A stretch of DNA of 64,000 nt from Williopsis jadinii (GCA_024346625.1 AP024665.1:496001-560000); one strand, 5' to 3'. Counted from the first letter of the stretch, positions 27,137 through 40,556 are shown. Translations and numbers: made by a program. Notes: generated from the letters alone by a model not told the origin.

Positions 27137-29443
27137 ATGGGGAGGTGGTTCCGTAACGTGTTTGTTGATCCCAATAGCAAGGTGCTGGTCCCCGGTGCAC
27201 AGCGACAGTCCACTACTGTGCCCGTGCTTGTTGGTTTGTTTGCTGCTGTTGGAGGGTTCATCTACGGCTATGACACCGGTATTATCAATAGTATCTCTGA
27301 AATGGAGTACGTCAGAAGAACCTTTGCAGGTAATGGTGAAAGCTTCACAGCGAGTGAGATGAGTATACTCACAGCGATCTTGTCCCTTGGTACGTTCTTC
27401 GGTGCTTTGACTGCACCTTTGATTAGTGACACATTTGGAAGAAAAGTCGCCATCATATTTGCAACATTTGTTGTGTTTATTGCGGGAAACTTGTGTCAGG
27501 TTGCTGCCAGTACCATTCTACTTCTGTGCATTGGAAGGTTCATCACTGGCTTATCAGTGGGGATCATATCTGCGGTGGTACCCCTTTATCAAGCTGAAGC
27601 TTCACCAAAGTACTTGAGAGGTGCCATCATCTCCACATATCAGTGGGCGATCACTTGGGGGTTGTTGGTTTCAAGTGCAATCTCACAGGCCACGCATTCG
27701 ATAGATAACTCTGCCTCTTATAGGGTTCCAATTGGTTTACAGTTCCTGTGGTCTTTGATATTGGGGTTTGGTATGTTGGCGTTACCTGAATCACCTAGAT
27801 TTTACGTTAGAAAGGATGATATACAAGCAGCAGCAAAGGCACTCTCGAGGCTACGACGCGTTCCTGCTAATGATCCCGGATTGATTGAGGAATTGGTTGA
27901 AATAAAGGCATCGCACGACTATGAACTTTCATACGGCTCGTACTCAACTTGGGATTGTTTCAAATCAGACGCCGCAAGACCACATCAATTAAAGAGATTA
28001 CTCACTTCAATTTGCCTACAAGCCCTACAACAATGCTCCGGGATCAACTTCATATTTTATTACGGAGTCAATTTCTTCACGAAAACAGGTGTTTCCAACT
28101 CTTACCTGATATCTCTGATAACATATCTTGTTAACGTGGCGTTGACAGTTCCTGGCTTGTTCCTCGTTGAAACTATTGGTCGTCGTAAAATCTTGCTATT
28201 TGGTGCAATAGTGATGACCATTGCAAATCTTTTGATAGGTATAGTGGGCGTGACCACTGATTCTGTTATTGCAAATAAAGTCATGATCGCTCTTGTGTGC
28301 TTGTTCATTGCCGCATTCGCAGCAACATGGGGCCCAGTGGTTTGGGTCGTTACAGGTGAGATATTCTCCCTTGGTGTTAGAGGCAAAGCTGTAGCACTGA
28401 GTGCTGCAACAAACTGGATTGTCAATTTCGTATTTGCATATATTACACCCTACCTGGTTGATACAGGTAATCATACTGCTGCCTTGGGAACAAAGATCTT
28501 CTTCTTGTGGGGTGGTTTCAACCTTGTGAGCATAGCATTTGTGTATTTTATGGTGTATGAGATGAGGGGGCTCAGTTTAGAAGAGATTGACGAATTGTAC
28601 CGCTCTTGTCCTAGTGCATTGGTGTCGTCAAACTTTGTTGTTAAGCTGACCTTCGACCACGGGGACGGGGACGGCACAGAGTTGGAAGAGTATCTACCTT
28701 CACCTGAGAAGAGGGAGGATTCATCCAGTGGCCCAAACACAACTATGTTGGAACAGTGTGGTTCAAGGCCATCGAGTGAAGACAACCGTCGCGGTGACAA
28801 CAGCACGGGTGTTGCTATTGATAAGCACTATTCTACAACCACAGATTACAGTGGACAAGATCATAGCATCACAGTCAACCCAGGATACACGGTTGATTTA
28901 GGATACAGTTTGGGCGCAGGTCGTCGTGGACCGCCTTCTCTAAACACCATGTCCAGTGATGAAGAATCAATCCCTGAACGTGACCATATTGTGTATGAGT
29001 CACTTTCTGGCTATGTTGCAAGTCTAAGTTCTCGCAGTGAACAACCTGGAGGAGACCGGTCTTATCGTGGCTCCTTCTCCACGCAGGCGCCCTCAACGTT
29101 TGACAGTGGTGCACCGTTTGGACATATATCAAGTGCAGCTTCCACAACAACATCCTCACAGGCAGATAAAACGAAAGTGGCGGCAACTACGAGTAATGAT
29201 CCAATTTCTGGTCAGAATGGTAATCAAAACAATGTCAGCACCGATAATAACAACAACGGCAATAACAACAACATCAATGATATCACCAGCACTAATAGCA
29301 ACAGTGGTAGCGATACCAACCACGGTGTAGCTGATGGTACAGCTCAGAGTTCTAGATGGGCTCTGAAAAATAATGATCATAACGACAATAATGATAACGA
29401 CAGTGGTTCATCAAGCGGTGCAAGTTCCTTATTCGACAATTGA
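27137..29443 (+). CDS. SNF3: Glucose sensor of the Snf3/Rgt2/Rag4 type (MFS sugar-porter fold with long cytoplasmic tail)
   Basis: [30 protein letters not shown]; tail contains signalling box VDLGYSLG...RGPPSL; next to NUS1-ARF; first ATG at 27137. Confidence 0.9.
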   Translation: MGRWFRNVFVDPNSKVLVPGAQRQSTTVPVLVGLFAAVGGFIYGYDTGIINSISEMEYVRRTFAGNGESFTASEMSILTAILSLGTFFGALTAPLISDTFGRKVAIIFATFVVFIAGNLCQVAASTILLLCIGRFITGLSVGIISAVVPLYQAEASPKYLRGAIISTYQWAITWGLLVSSAISQATHSIDNSASYRVPIGLQFLWSLILGFGMLALPESPRFYVRKDDIQAAAKALSRLRRVPANDPGLIEELVEIKASHDYELSYGSYSTWDCFKSDAARPHQLKRLLTSICLQALQQCSGINFIFYYGVNFFTKTGVSNSYLISLITYLVNVALTVPGLFLVETIGRRKILLFGAIVMTIANLLIGIVGVTTDSVIANKVMIALVCLFIAAFAATWGPVVWVVTGEIFSLGVRGKAVALSAATNWIVNFVFAYITPYLVDTGNHTAALGTKIFFLWGGFNLVSIAFVYFMVYEMRGLSLEEIDELYRSCPSALVSSNFVVKLTFDHGDGDGTELEEYLPSPEKREDSSSGPNTTMLEQCGSRPSSEDNRRGDNSTGVAIDKHYSTTTDYSGQDHSITVNPGYTVDLGYSLGAGRRGPPSLNTMSSDEESIPERDHIVYESLSGYVASLSSRSEQPGGDRSYRGSFSTQAPSTFDSGAPFGHISSAASTTTSSQADKTKVAATTSNDPISGQNGNQNNVSTDNNNNGNNNNINDITSTNSNSGSDTNHGVADGTAQSSRWALKNNDHNDNNDNDSGSSSGASSLFDN

Positions 29444-29702
29444 TTTTCACTGTATAGCATGATTCCACATTCAATTCGATTTATAATGTTTACGTTTCTC
29501 CTACTCCCCCCTATTGTGTATTGGTTCTATTCGTACAATACCCATGCTATAATTCTTCACTGCTGTGTTTCCCTTACCGATGACGAGAGCTCTCGCAGAC
29601 ATTCAGCTTTTTTTGGAACCGCCAAAGCAACTTGTTAAAGGCCTGTGAACAACGTGTCATTCCCTTCAACTTCATAAGAGCGCTTGTCAACTGGTAACAC
29701 AA

Positions 29703-30659
29703 ATGATAGAGAAGAAAGACCAATCATCTTCGAATGAGATGGAGTCCGTCCACAAGGACTTTGAGGCTGTTAAAAAGAGTGTTATTTCCAAGGACCGAGA
29801 GTTCAAAGGCCTCAACGACGACCATTCTATAAGAGGTCGGATAGTATTTTATGCTTTCCATTTGACATTACTCGTTGTTTATTTCTTTTATTCGATATAT
29901 AGAGGATTCGAATACGCTCGCAATAAGATTCGGATAAAGTTGTTGAACCTCGCTTATAACCCTGCTCAAACTCCACAAATCATCAGAGTTGACGTCAATA
30001 AGCTCTCCAAGATCCCTAAGCGTATCAGCGCGGTTGTCAATTTGAAGAGCGAGGAGGAAGAAGGCGGTGGCTTTTATGGGCTATTGAACGACTGTTCTGA
30101 GATTGTTGCATGGACCGTCGCCAGTGGGATTCCTACGTTGTCCCTTTACGAACGCAGTGGAATCTTGAAGCAGAGCGTTGAAGAGTTGAGAGTGGCTATT
30201 CATAAGAAACTCGATGACTACTTCGGTTGTGATTGTGTTCCAGTGTTCACCATCTCCATTCCACACTTGAACCAGACATTTTGGGGACTTGATCATGATG
30301 ACGACGACGAATACAAGTCGCTTGAGCCAGATATCGAAGTGAGTCTATTGTCCTCGAACGATGGTAAACCCACCATTGTGGAATTGACAAAAACAATGGC
30401 TGATCTAGCGTACAAGAAGGAAATGTCTCCTAAGGATGTCACCGTTCAATTGATCGATAACGAACTTACCGAATTGATTGGCGCAGAACCAGACTTGATC
30501 ATCTTATTCACCCCAGTTCTTGATCTTCAAGGCTACCCACCTTGGCATATCAGATTGAGCGAGTTCTACTGGGAACCTGACAATGAAGATGTCACCTATG
30601 CAATCTTCCTTAGAGCTTTGCAGAAGTATTCTACGTGCAAGATCAACGTTGGTAAATGA
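29703..30659 (+). CDS. NUS1: Dehydrodolichyl diphosphate synthase subunit Nus1
   Basis: LAYNP..TPQ.IR.DV..L.KIPKR, DGK.TIVELT, EPDL, LQGYPPWHIRLSE, C-terminal NVGK. Confidence 0.96.
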   Translation: MIEKKDQSSSNEMESVHKDFEAVKKSVISKDREFKGLNDDHSIRGRIVFYAFHLTLLVVYFFYSIYRGFEYARNKIRIKLLNLAYNPAQTPQIIRVDVNKLSKIPKRISAVVNLKSEEEEGGGFYGLLNDCSEIVAWTVASGIPTLSLYERSGILKQSVEELRVAIHKKLDDYFGCDCVPVFTISIPHLNQTFWGLDHDDDDEYKSLEPDIEVSLLSSNDGKPTIVELTKTMADLAYKKEMSPKDVTVQLIDNELTELIGAEPDLIILFTPVLDLQGYPPWHIRLSEFYWEPDNEDVTYAIFLRALQKYSTCKINVGK

Positions 30660-31108
30660 ATAATTGCCAACTTCGATAAGCTAACAATAGCAAAAGCAGG
30701 CGCCGCCTTCTAGTTGTGTTTTCTTTGCATAAAAGTGATATATCACAAAGATCAATACGATCTCATCAGCTAATGAACTCATATATAATATAATCGCATG
30801 AACTACCTTTAATGAACCCCAAGAGCAGAGTAAACTTGACGAACCAGTGGAGAACAAGTGTGTGTCCACCATCCGAGGGAAATATCCGAGGGCAATACCC
30901 TCGAGTCTCACCATTCGCGTTGTTGTTCTTTTCTTGTTTTCGTGGTTTGGAAAACTTCCGCCGCCACCCCCTCCTGAGAAATCTGAAGGGGAGAGCGAGA
31001 AAAAAAGTGAGCAAAAAAGGCCAACGAAATCAAAATTGAAAACCATCTCTCAAACAATCTTAACAACAAAAACATCTACAAACAAACAGTCAACATAATT
31101 TAAAAAAC

Positions 31109-32800
<1,692 letters not shown>

Positions 32801-33234
32801 AGCAGACAGAACCAAGTCTTTTAGATTCAATTGTTTTTTCTTCTTTTCATTCGAACAGACGCTAGGAGAGAGGAGAGAAAGGATAGGTGTGTTTCATTCA
32901 GTGTGTGGTCTTTATTATTTTCGTTAACGATGTGTGAACCGATCTTTATGTGTTGATTGCAACTAGGGAAGAAACGCACTCTGATCCCTGTTGTTTTGTA
33001 CTAAGTAGGTTTGTTTCGATCAAAAAAGAGAAATATATAAACCAAAGCATCACATAGAGAGATTACATTGTAAATTTGATAGTATGTAACTGCGAACTTG
33101 GCATCGTAGACGGTCTTGACTGTCAATCGAGGTCTGACGGTCATCTACGACTACTCATCTATTGATTATCCGGTATTGTAAGTTGAATGGATACATGTTT
33201 ATAAAGGTCAGGATTTCTGATTCGCTGATCTAGA

Positions 33235-33395
33235 AGCCCTGATACCTTTATCACGTGATGTGCTGAAGCCCTAATTTCTCAAACAGTAGTATTGATTGGG
33301 ACACTATCGCTATTTCTCAATTTTGTGCCAACGGAGCATTAGAAATTTTCAGACAAACATCCGAACACACATACAAAATTTCCTCTTCGTGACTG
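33235..33395. promoter_or_regulatory. RPL35 promoter: Tbf1-like, Cbf1 and Rap1-like sites
   Basis: AGCCCTGA 33235, TCACGTGA 33251-33258, AGCCCTAA 33267-33274, ACATCCGAACAC 33357-33368, Homol-D-like CGTGACTG 33388-33395. Confidence 0.65.
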
Positions 33396-33534
33396 TTAGT
33401 TTTCTGTTCAGTGTTTTTTTTTCGCGCTACGCAGTTCGAGGGCTCCACACTGCTGGGAAAAAAAGTGAAAATAACCAAGCACATCATCGACATCACCAAC
33501 CGAGTGAAGTTTTAGCTACACAACACAAGACGAA

Positions 33535-34349
33535 ATGGTATGTTTGAAAGAGACATGGGAGGAGAAGACGTTTCTGTGATAAGATGTGATCATGAAGAAC
33601 TGGAATCACCAAAGAAATGTGTTATAGATTCGTTAACGGACCATGGGTTTCATCAATGAGAGAAAAGGTCGTATGAAGTGAGGTGGAAAATTGTACACAC
33701 AGTAAAGAGCAGACCATGAAGTGCTACAGTTCCTTGATTATTGCACTGTGCTCAGTAAATGATTCATTTTGCAAACTTTACTATGTGTTTATGTTCATTA
33801 GGGGTCATTTGGATATACATCTAAGTATTATGAACTGAACGTTTCACCTACAAGACCTTATACACATTCATTAGACACCATGTGCAGTGTCCATTTCGAT
33901 CCAAAGTAACAGTTCCCAGTCCATGATTATCCTTGTCGTCGTATGCGTAATATATCCACAAAGGCACGATACTAACATTTCACTTACAGGCCGGTTTGAG
34001 AGCTTACGAATTGCGTACCAAGTCCAAGGAACAATTGGAGGAGCAACTTGTCTCCTTGAAGCAAGAGCTTGCCAACTTGAAGGTTCAAAAGCTCACCAGA
34101 CCATCTTTGCCAAAGATTGGTACTGTTAGAAAGGACATTGCCCGTGTCTTGACTGTCATCAACTTGAACCAAAGAGAGGCTGTCAGAGCTTTCTACGCTG
34201 GTAAGAAGTACCAACCAAAGGACCTTAGAGCTAAGAAGACCAGAGCTTTGAGAAGAAAGCTCACCAAGTTCGAGGCTTCCCAAGTCACTGAGAAGCAAAA
34301 GAAGAAGCAACTTGCTTTCCCACAAAGAAAGTACGCTATCAAGGCTTAA
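33535..34349 (+). CDS. RPL35: 60S ribosomal protein uL29 (Rpl35); exons 33535-33537 and 33990-34349, 120 aa
   Basis: ATG-only exon 1 spliced to [16 protein letters not shown]...[10 protein letters not shown]. Confidence 0.98.
33538..33989 (+). other. Spliceosomal intron of RPL35 (452 nt)
   Basis: GTATGT 33538, TACTAAC 33970-33976, CAG 33987-33989. Confidence 0.97.
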
Positions 34350-34438
34350 ATTGACTGAGATATGTACTACTGTTTAATACAAAGGAATGATAGGGGTTTT
34401 GTACTTTTTGAAAATATCCTGTAATTGAAGTATTTGAT

Positions 34439-37402
34439 TTATGCATCTGTCATGTTAACATCTGTGGACTTGTTGGCTTTCTTTCCTCTCTTCCAGTCTA
34501 AAATCTCTTGTTTGAGGTCATCGTTGGGAATAACATCCTCATATTTCAACGGCATTCTGTTGAATGGATCAGTAGAATCACTTAGTAGATGGGACCGAAT
34601 AGTTGCCCTGTCAATATTGACTTTGGAACCTGGTAAAATGACAGGATCCTCCATTAAAGTGTACATCAATGGGTCCAAATACTCATCTGGGATCTCACCG
34701 AGGTCCTGTTCCTCCGCCTCATCAGCAATTCTAGTCTCTTCCGCTTTGTCAGCAAATGTGACAAGACACTTTATGAAATCTTCATTAGCAAGTCCCCATC
34801 TTCTGATAATATCCTCAGCACGGTTGAACAGCGCCCTTTTGAACGATCTTGAATCGTTAGCCACTGCCTTAATGAAGTCGCTCTCAGAGCTCAAATTCAC
34901 GAAAACTTTGCAAATCTTCAACAAAAGATCCTTTGGATTGAATTTGTACTTCTCTGGTTCTCTCACCTTAAGTTCTGTACACTTTGGTCCTACAAGTGCC
35001 TCCAAGTTATAATCCAGCATACTAGCCAAACGACCCACAATCTCTGGTTTGATAAATGCTTTTGGTACCTCACCTGTGAACATGTCAAAGAGATCAAGCG
35101 TTCTGTTGGCTAGTTGAATATCTGCACGCGCTTGGTTCTCAGCGGAGGATAAACGAGACTCGAGGTCCTCATTGGTTCCATCCATGTTCGATCCACCTTG
35201 TTTACGAAGCTCCAATTCATTCTGTACTGCGTGAACATCCTGCAATTGACGAAGAGACTCGTCAAGCAAAAAGGTCAAGTCGTTAAGCATTCTAGCCACG
35301 AATCTGATGAAGAACTCTTCATTGTGTTCGCTTTGATAAATCAACTGTCTCTTGTAAACACTATTCTTCCAAATCTGTTCCAAGATGCAGGAGATATGAA
35401 ATCTAGAGTTGAATTTATCGTAGAATTGACTGGAACTACCAGTCTTTTCAACAACGACATAGAAGTCCAACAATGCATAAAGCAAGTTATCTGTCAACAA
35501 TGGATCAGTGTCAATGATGTCTTGCATGAAACCTGGTGTTCCATCTGTCATGGGATATGTACCAATACTCAACACTTCCACTAATCTCCCCTTTAAATGT
35601 GGATTCCCAATAAGTTCAGGACAACGTAAGAACACAAGCATGAACTCCATAAGACTTGGCAATCTTGAATTGCGTACCATAGGATTGGCAACAAACTTAC
35701 AGCTTGATAAGACAAAGTTGATCACACCTTCAACACAAAACTCTGGGAAGTATTTGTATGGCACTGGTGCCTGTTCACGGAAGTGTTCTGAGTTGTCCAC
35801 ATTTTCAACACCTATAACATCGGGGACGAATGGCAATCTCAATTTGGTCTTTGGGTATAGATGAGTAGGTTCCACTGTTCTAACCAAGAACGCACTTGAC
35901 CCAGCAATGAAATCAAAGATCTCCAGTTGGAGATTTCTGTGTATGAAGAAAGAAGTAAGGGCATTCTTTTCAGATTTGGCCTGTTCCAACTTCTTTTGAA
36001 GAGCAGGTAACTGCATCCGTTGAATCATTTGTAGCCTGTTGCTTGGATCTGAAATTGGTCTGTTCAAATTTTCGACTGTAGATTTCAAATGTTTTATCAG
36101 CTTGTCCAATTTTGACTCAGAAATGTATAAGCCACCAAGACCGTATTGTAGGTATGTCAGCGTCAAGTAAAAACAATCAGAGATAAAATTTGGTTTCTTA
36201 TCTATCTTATGTGCCTCGAAATACTCGTTTGCCTCTGCATTTGTTGCATTAGCTCTGGTTTCCTCAGAAATGTCAATTAAACAATGAGTGTTTTGGAAAT
36301 AATTTGGATCAATTTTGTCCAATTTAGTCAAGGATGAGTCTAAGAATGGAAGTGATAATCTTATGAGCACCATGGATATGTTTGTCATAAAAGCGTTGGA
36401 CGCCAATTTGCTGAAATCTGCGTGGTCTCCACGTCTCAAATGGTTCTTATTAACTATTGTTGCAAAGTATTTGAGTAGATCATTTCTCGACTGTTCTGAA
36501 CCTCTGATAATCTTATCAGTGATGAAGAAAAGTCTCTCCAATAGAACCTTGTGTTCTGCCTGGAGAGATTCTCCAACGCTTTTGACCTTTCTGCTAGAAC
36601 TGTTGGTATTCTCATCGAACAATGCAATGGATACGGTACTTTGTAAGGGTGACAATCTGAACAAAGGGCCTAAAAGAGTAGTTGTCTCTATGCGATGGGG
36701 CTTAACTTCTTCCTTTGCGTGAAAGTTGTCAATCTGTGTGAATACAGCGGCCACTGGCTTTTGACTCAGGATCAATTGGAAAACATTCAACACCAACTGG
36801 TAGTGCGAATCTCTAAAATCAATCTTAGATACCTCTTTGGCGAGCTCCACAACAAACACGTTTAGGAACTCCAACAATGTTCCCTCTTCATGTGCATGGT
36901 ATAATATTTGAATGATGAAGTCAGAGTATAAAGAGTCATTGGCAATCACATCCTTTAGGTAAGTATCAATGTTACCGTTGATGAACATATCCTCAATCTG
37001 AAATGCAACCAATCCATAGTTTGAAGTCAGCCTGTCAATCTCCTCCAGCACCTGTAACTTTTCATCCCTCAACGGGTCCTTCGCCTTTAGCGTTCTCTTG
37101 TACTGCTGCACTTTGACCCAGCAATCTCTGAGCCATTTGAAAGGGTTCGTGTTTCCAACCTCAGTCAAGTACTCTATGATGATCCTATCTGCATGAGACT
37201 CTTCGAACTGAGGGTCCAACCCTTCTTCAACGAGCTCTGTAAACGTAGATTCCAAGAACCGCTTTGAGGTGTCATCGACGTTGAGCGTCACCCCAAACAC
37301 ATCACCAAAGAGCGAAGTACACCACGGCGACAGCTGCGACTGGGGCGTGGAGTGCTTGGATTGCACAGGCAAGGGCTCCTCGCGCTTAGTCGTCTCATCC
37401 AT
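34439..37402 (-). CDS. UFD2: Ubiquitin chain elongation factor E4, U-box
   Basis: LLGPLFRLSP, NPHLKG.LVE, QFYDKFNSRF, C-terminal U-box IPDEYLDPLMYTLMEDPVILP...STDPFNR. Confidence 0.97.
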   Translation of the reverse strand: MDETTKREEPLPVQSKHSTPQSQLSPWCTSLFGDVFGVTLNVDDTSKRFLESTFTELVEEGLDPQFEESHADRIIIEYLTEVGNTNPFKWLRDCWVKVQQYKRTLKAKDPLRDEKLQVLEEIDRLTSNYGLVAFQIEDMFINGNIDTYLKDVIANDSLYSDFIIQILYHAHEEGTLLEFLNVFVVELAKEVSKIDFRDSHYQLVLNVFQLILSQKPVAAVFTQIDNFHAKEEVKPHRIETTTLLGPLFRLSPLQSTVSIALFDENTNSSSRKVKSVGESLQAEHKVLLERLFFITDKIIRGSEQSRNDLLKYFATIVNKNHLRRGDHADFSKLASNAFMTNISMVLIRLSLPFLDSSLTKLDKIDPNYFQNTHCLIDISEETRANATNAEANEYFEAHKIDKKPNFISDCFYLTLTYLQYGLGGLYISESKLDKLIKHLKSTVENLNRPISDPSNRLQMIQRMQLPALQKKLEQAKSEKNALTSFFIHRNLQLEIFDFIAGSSAFLVRTVEPTHLYPKTKLRLPFVPDVIGVENVDNSEHFREQAPVPYKYFPEFCVEGVINFVLSSCKFVANPMVRNSRLPSLMEFMLVFLRCPELIGNPHLKGRLVEVLSIGTYPMTDGTPGFMQDIIDTDPLLTDNLLYALLDFYVVVEKTGSSSQFYDKFNSRFHISCILEQIWKNSVYKRQLIYQSEHNEEFFIRFVARMLNDLTFLLDESLRQLQDVHAVQNELELRKQGGSNMDGTNEDLESRLSSAENQARADIQLANRTLDLFDMFTGEVPKAFIKPEIVGRLASMLDYNLEALVGPKCTELKVREPEKYKFNPKDLLLKICKVFVNLSSESDFIKAVANDSRSFKRALFNRAEDIIRRWGLANEDFIKCLVTFADKAEETRIADEAEEQDLGEIPDEYLDPLMYTLMEDPVILPGSKVNIDRATIRSHLLSDSTDPFNRMPLKYEDVIPNDDLKQEILDWKRGKKANKSTDVNMTDA

Positions 37403-37915
37403 CGTATAATGGCTTCGTATTGGTCAATATTTACCTTTGCAGCGATGAGTGAATGCTCGTGTGTATCTAGCCAAAGAACGCTAGCCGCTTAACAATACGT
37501 ATTGTTTCCTCTGAACGAAGGATCCTAAAGGCCAACCGCTGTATCACTCGCTTGTACAACAATCAACCGCTGTGTAACACGCTTGTTCAACAATTAACTG
37601 CTGTAGAACTTATTCCTCCCCCCGTTTGTGATTTGTTTTGATTTGTGACTTCCTCGCCCTATCCCGCCGCCACCTCTGGCCCTATCAGCAAAATCTCGCT
37701 CTCTCTGTCGTCCCTCTGTGGGCATTTGCGGTGTGTCCTTTGGCATAGAAAGCGAAAACTTCCGCTTTCGGTTAATTTGTGGTTTTTTCGTTTTTTCCAC
37801 CCTTCCAACGCCCGAAAAAGTTTCATGAAAAACGTCCCAGGACAAAACCCTTTGGGCCAGACACACGAACAGTGTACGTTAGGTTTGACGCGATAGGAAG
37901 ATCATCTGAGGGACA

Positions 37916-39265
37916 ATGGCTGGTACAAGTGTACGTAATTTGAGCTATGAGTGATGAGTTGTTTCCAGTGTACTAATATCTGAATTATAGGAGGAAGAGG
38001 TGGTTGAGACACCGTCAGTGGTGGAACAGAAACAGCAGCAGCAGCAGCAGCAAGAACAAGGAGAGGCCAGTGAGAAGAGGGAACACAAATCACAACCAGA
38101 AGAGAAGGGCAATGATACAAAGAACCAGACGTTACCACATAAACCAGTGCCACACATTACAGATGCGCTCAGGAGGGCATTGAGCATTCCAAGGGACCGC
38201 ACATTCATTGTGAAGCTCGAGAAGGACTTACAGAGCTTCATTATGTCCAACACTGATTCTTATCTTTTGGCACCTATGAATTCGTATTACAGGCTGATCA
38301 CTCATCAAACTGCAGAATACTATTGCCTTGGACATACGTTAAACGAAGGTACTAATTCGATATTGGTTTTCAAGCACATTGGTGTCGAGTTGACAACACC
38401 GACACCACTTTCAACGCTGCCTATCGGCGTCCCCTACACTGGGGTCATACCTGTTCAATACTGTTATCCACAGAATATGTACCAACAATTCCCTCTGCCT
38501 GTCGTTCCACAGGTGGGACAAGTACCACAACAACAACATCAACATCAGCAGCAGTATCCTCAGACCACTCCGTCAGACCAGAATATCACCACCGCACATC
38601 CAAGCCAACATATCAAGATCATGAAAAGAGACGATTCAAAGAACAAAGCAGAAGACAGTGAAGGTAATAAGAACGAAGAAACCACGAAAGAAGGAGAAGA
38701 AGTTGAGACAGATGATACAAAAGAAAACACACCACAATCTTTAATATCGGATTTGGCATCTAGAGAACTTGAATACCAAAAGGCACGTGAACGTATCTTT
38801 GCCGATGATCAAGGTTCAAGTACAGAATCATCGCCTGAAACTTCGCCTGTCGTTACAAATGCACAACCTTTTGCGTACGGTGCTACTATGAATGGATATT
38901 ACATGCCTGATATGAACCAACTTGCAGCCGGGATGGGTGCAATGGGGATGTACTATCCACAGCAGCAACAGCAACAACCTCTGGGATCTCAGTCTGACCC
39001 ACTATTACCCTCACAGATAAATTCTGGAGGACAACCTCTGATTTCCCCCGGATGGCAACAATTCGTGCCTGTACAGTATTATCAAGGACAGCAGCTTTAC
39101 TATCCAGGATATGCTCCAGGATACCCTCAAAGAGGTGGTTATAATCAAAGAGGCGGTTATTATAAGAGAAGGGGCCACCATAAGAAGAAAAGAAATGCCA
39201 ATGGGTATACAAGTTCCAGTGCGAATTCGAATAGCAATTTGAATAGCAACAATAACAGTCCATAG
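37916..39265 (+). CDS. RBS1: R3H/SUZ RNA-binding protein Rbs1; exons 37916-37930 and 37991-39265, 429 aa
   Basis: R3H motif PMNSYYRLITHQTAEYY.L.H, SUZ motifs KIMKR and RELEYQKARERIF, Q/Y-rich prion-like tail; divergent from UFD2 as in S. cerevisiae. Confidence 0.88.
37931..37990 (+). other. Short intron of RBS1 (60 nt) with variant splice signals
   Basis: ATG GCT GGT ACA AGT | GTACGT ... TACTAAT (37971-37977) ... TAG | GAG GAA GAG GTG, in frame; supplies the ATG missing upstream of the R3H domain. Confidence 0.8.
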
Positions 39266-39394
39266 AAAGGGGGGTATACAACCTATTTAATAGGCATCTC
39301 GCTGAACTACACATAATGCCGATCTAAACCTCTTCTTTTTGTTCTTTTCTTTGTTTCAATAATTCGTTCCAAAGACGAGAGGAGAGACTTGGTT

Positions 39395-39985
39395 TCATTT
39401 CTTGACGATCTCTACACCCCAATCCAGCACCAAGTATGTGTTTTTATCGTCATCGACGAATTTTGACTGTGCGCTGTAGCTTCCTCTTGCGAGTAAACCA
39501 CTTGGAGCCTCTGTCTCCGGAAGTGTAACCTCATAGAACGGCTTTTCCTTTGTGTTTGGGGCGTAAGATCCCAGTGGGTCTTGGATCTTATCGACCGTGA
39601 ATCCAGCCTTCTTGATGCCCTGAAGATACTTGATACCGGTGACAATCTCATGTTGAACCTTGAACTTGATCTTTAGCTTGTAGATGGACTTCTCTTTGAT
39701 CTTGAAGTGCTTCTTTGGTAACTCCTTCACGGTCTTCGCATCCGTAAGGTCAACCACAACTGGAGCCTCATTGTCAACGAGCAGAGTCATCTCGAGAATA
39801 ACAACACGACGGTCATCGCCAGCGGCTACAGGCAAAGGCTCACCGCCCAACAGCCCGAGAGACTTCTTCCACTTTTGAAGAGACTCATCTTCCGCATCGA
39901 GCTTGGCGTACTCGTCAAGCGTCTTCTTAGCGCCCGGCTTGTAGTTATCATCATCAACTACCAAATCGTCGTTGGAATTGCTCAT
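39395..39985 (-). CDS. RDI1: Rho GDP-dissociation inhibitor
   Basis: KTLDEY.KLDAEDESL.KWK.SLGL, LGSYAPN, EAPSG.LARGSY.A.SKFVDDD; start MSNSNDD at 39985. Confidence 0.96.
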   Translation of the reverse strand: MSNSNDDLVVDDDNYKPGAKKTLDEYAKLDAEDESLQKWKKSLGLLGGEPLPVAAGDDRRVVILEMTLLVDNEAPVVVDLTDAKTVKELPKKHFKIKEKSIYKLKIKFKVQHEIVTGIKYLQGIKKAGFTVDKIQDPLGSYAPNTKEKPFYEVTLPETEAPSGLLARGSYSAQSKFVDDDKNTYLVLDWGVEIVKK

Positions 39986-40434
39986 CTTTCCGGGGAGATC
40001 AAACACTCGCAAATTGGCCCTGTTTGTGTCTGTGTTTGTGTGCCTTTCTGTTTGTGTTTGATTTTTGCCCTTGCTCGCCAGGCACCGGAATTTCTGTCCC
40101 ACTGGGCTCTCTTGCAAATTTCAGAATTAGGCCGTGGGCACGCTCGTGTAAAACAGAGAAAAATGAAAAGGCGCTCCCGCATACGCTGGTGGGGGCCGCC
40201 ACGATCTCCATGGGCTCATCTTAACAGCGTACGCGTCCGTTACGAAGGTGATGGTTGTGCACCGTAGTAAATCAATTGGAAACACTGCTCATAATGGCAC
40301 ATCCAATTACGTAATGATTGCACACCAGAGGTGCTGTATATGTAATCACTCAACACGTGTGATTATGTAATCGCTGTGCCCTTTTTCTACGTTGAGTGGG
40401 AGACAGAGGTGGATGGGGGATTTCTTTATCAGCT

Positions 40435-40484
40435 TCGGCATACACCGAGGGTTGGAAGTTTCAGACTTGCCAACAGTATATAAA
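40435..40484 (+). promoter_or_regulatory. Ppr1/UaY-type site and TATA box of the OHCU decarboxylase gene
   Basis: TCGG-CATACA-CCGA at 40435-40448; TATATAAA at 40477-40484; reverse GATAA just upstream (TTATC 40426-40430). Confidence 0.7.
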
Positions 40485-40556
40485 GAGGCGATGTGCATCC
40501 GCCATTCAGGCGGGGATAATCTCTGTGTAAACTAGTGTATATACATCTTGGTCTAA

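Noticed and set aside
30681..31098. Cluster of 60-120 aa ORFs between NUS1 and ARF1, and similar ones in other intergenic regions
   Set aside because: Low-complexity translations of promoter poly(A)/poly(T) sequence with no family motifs
38029..38055. CAG/CAA microsatellites in RBS1, SPO12, SMI1 and EGH1
   Set aside because: Ordinary short poly-Gln tracts
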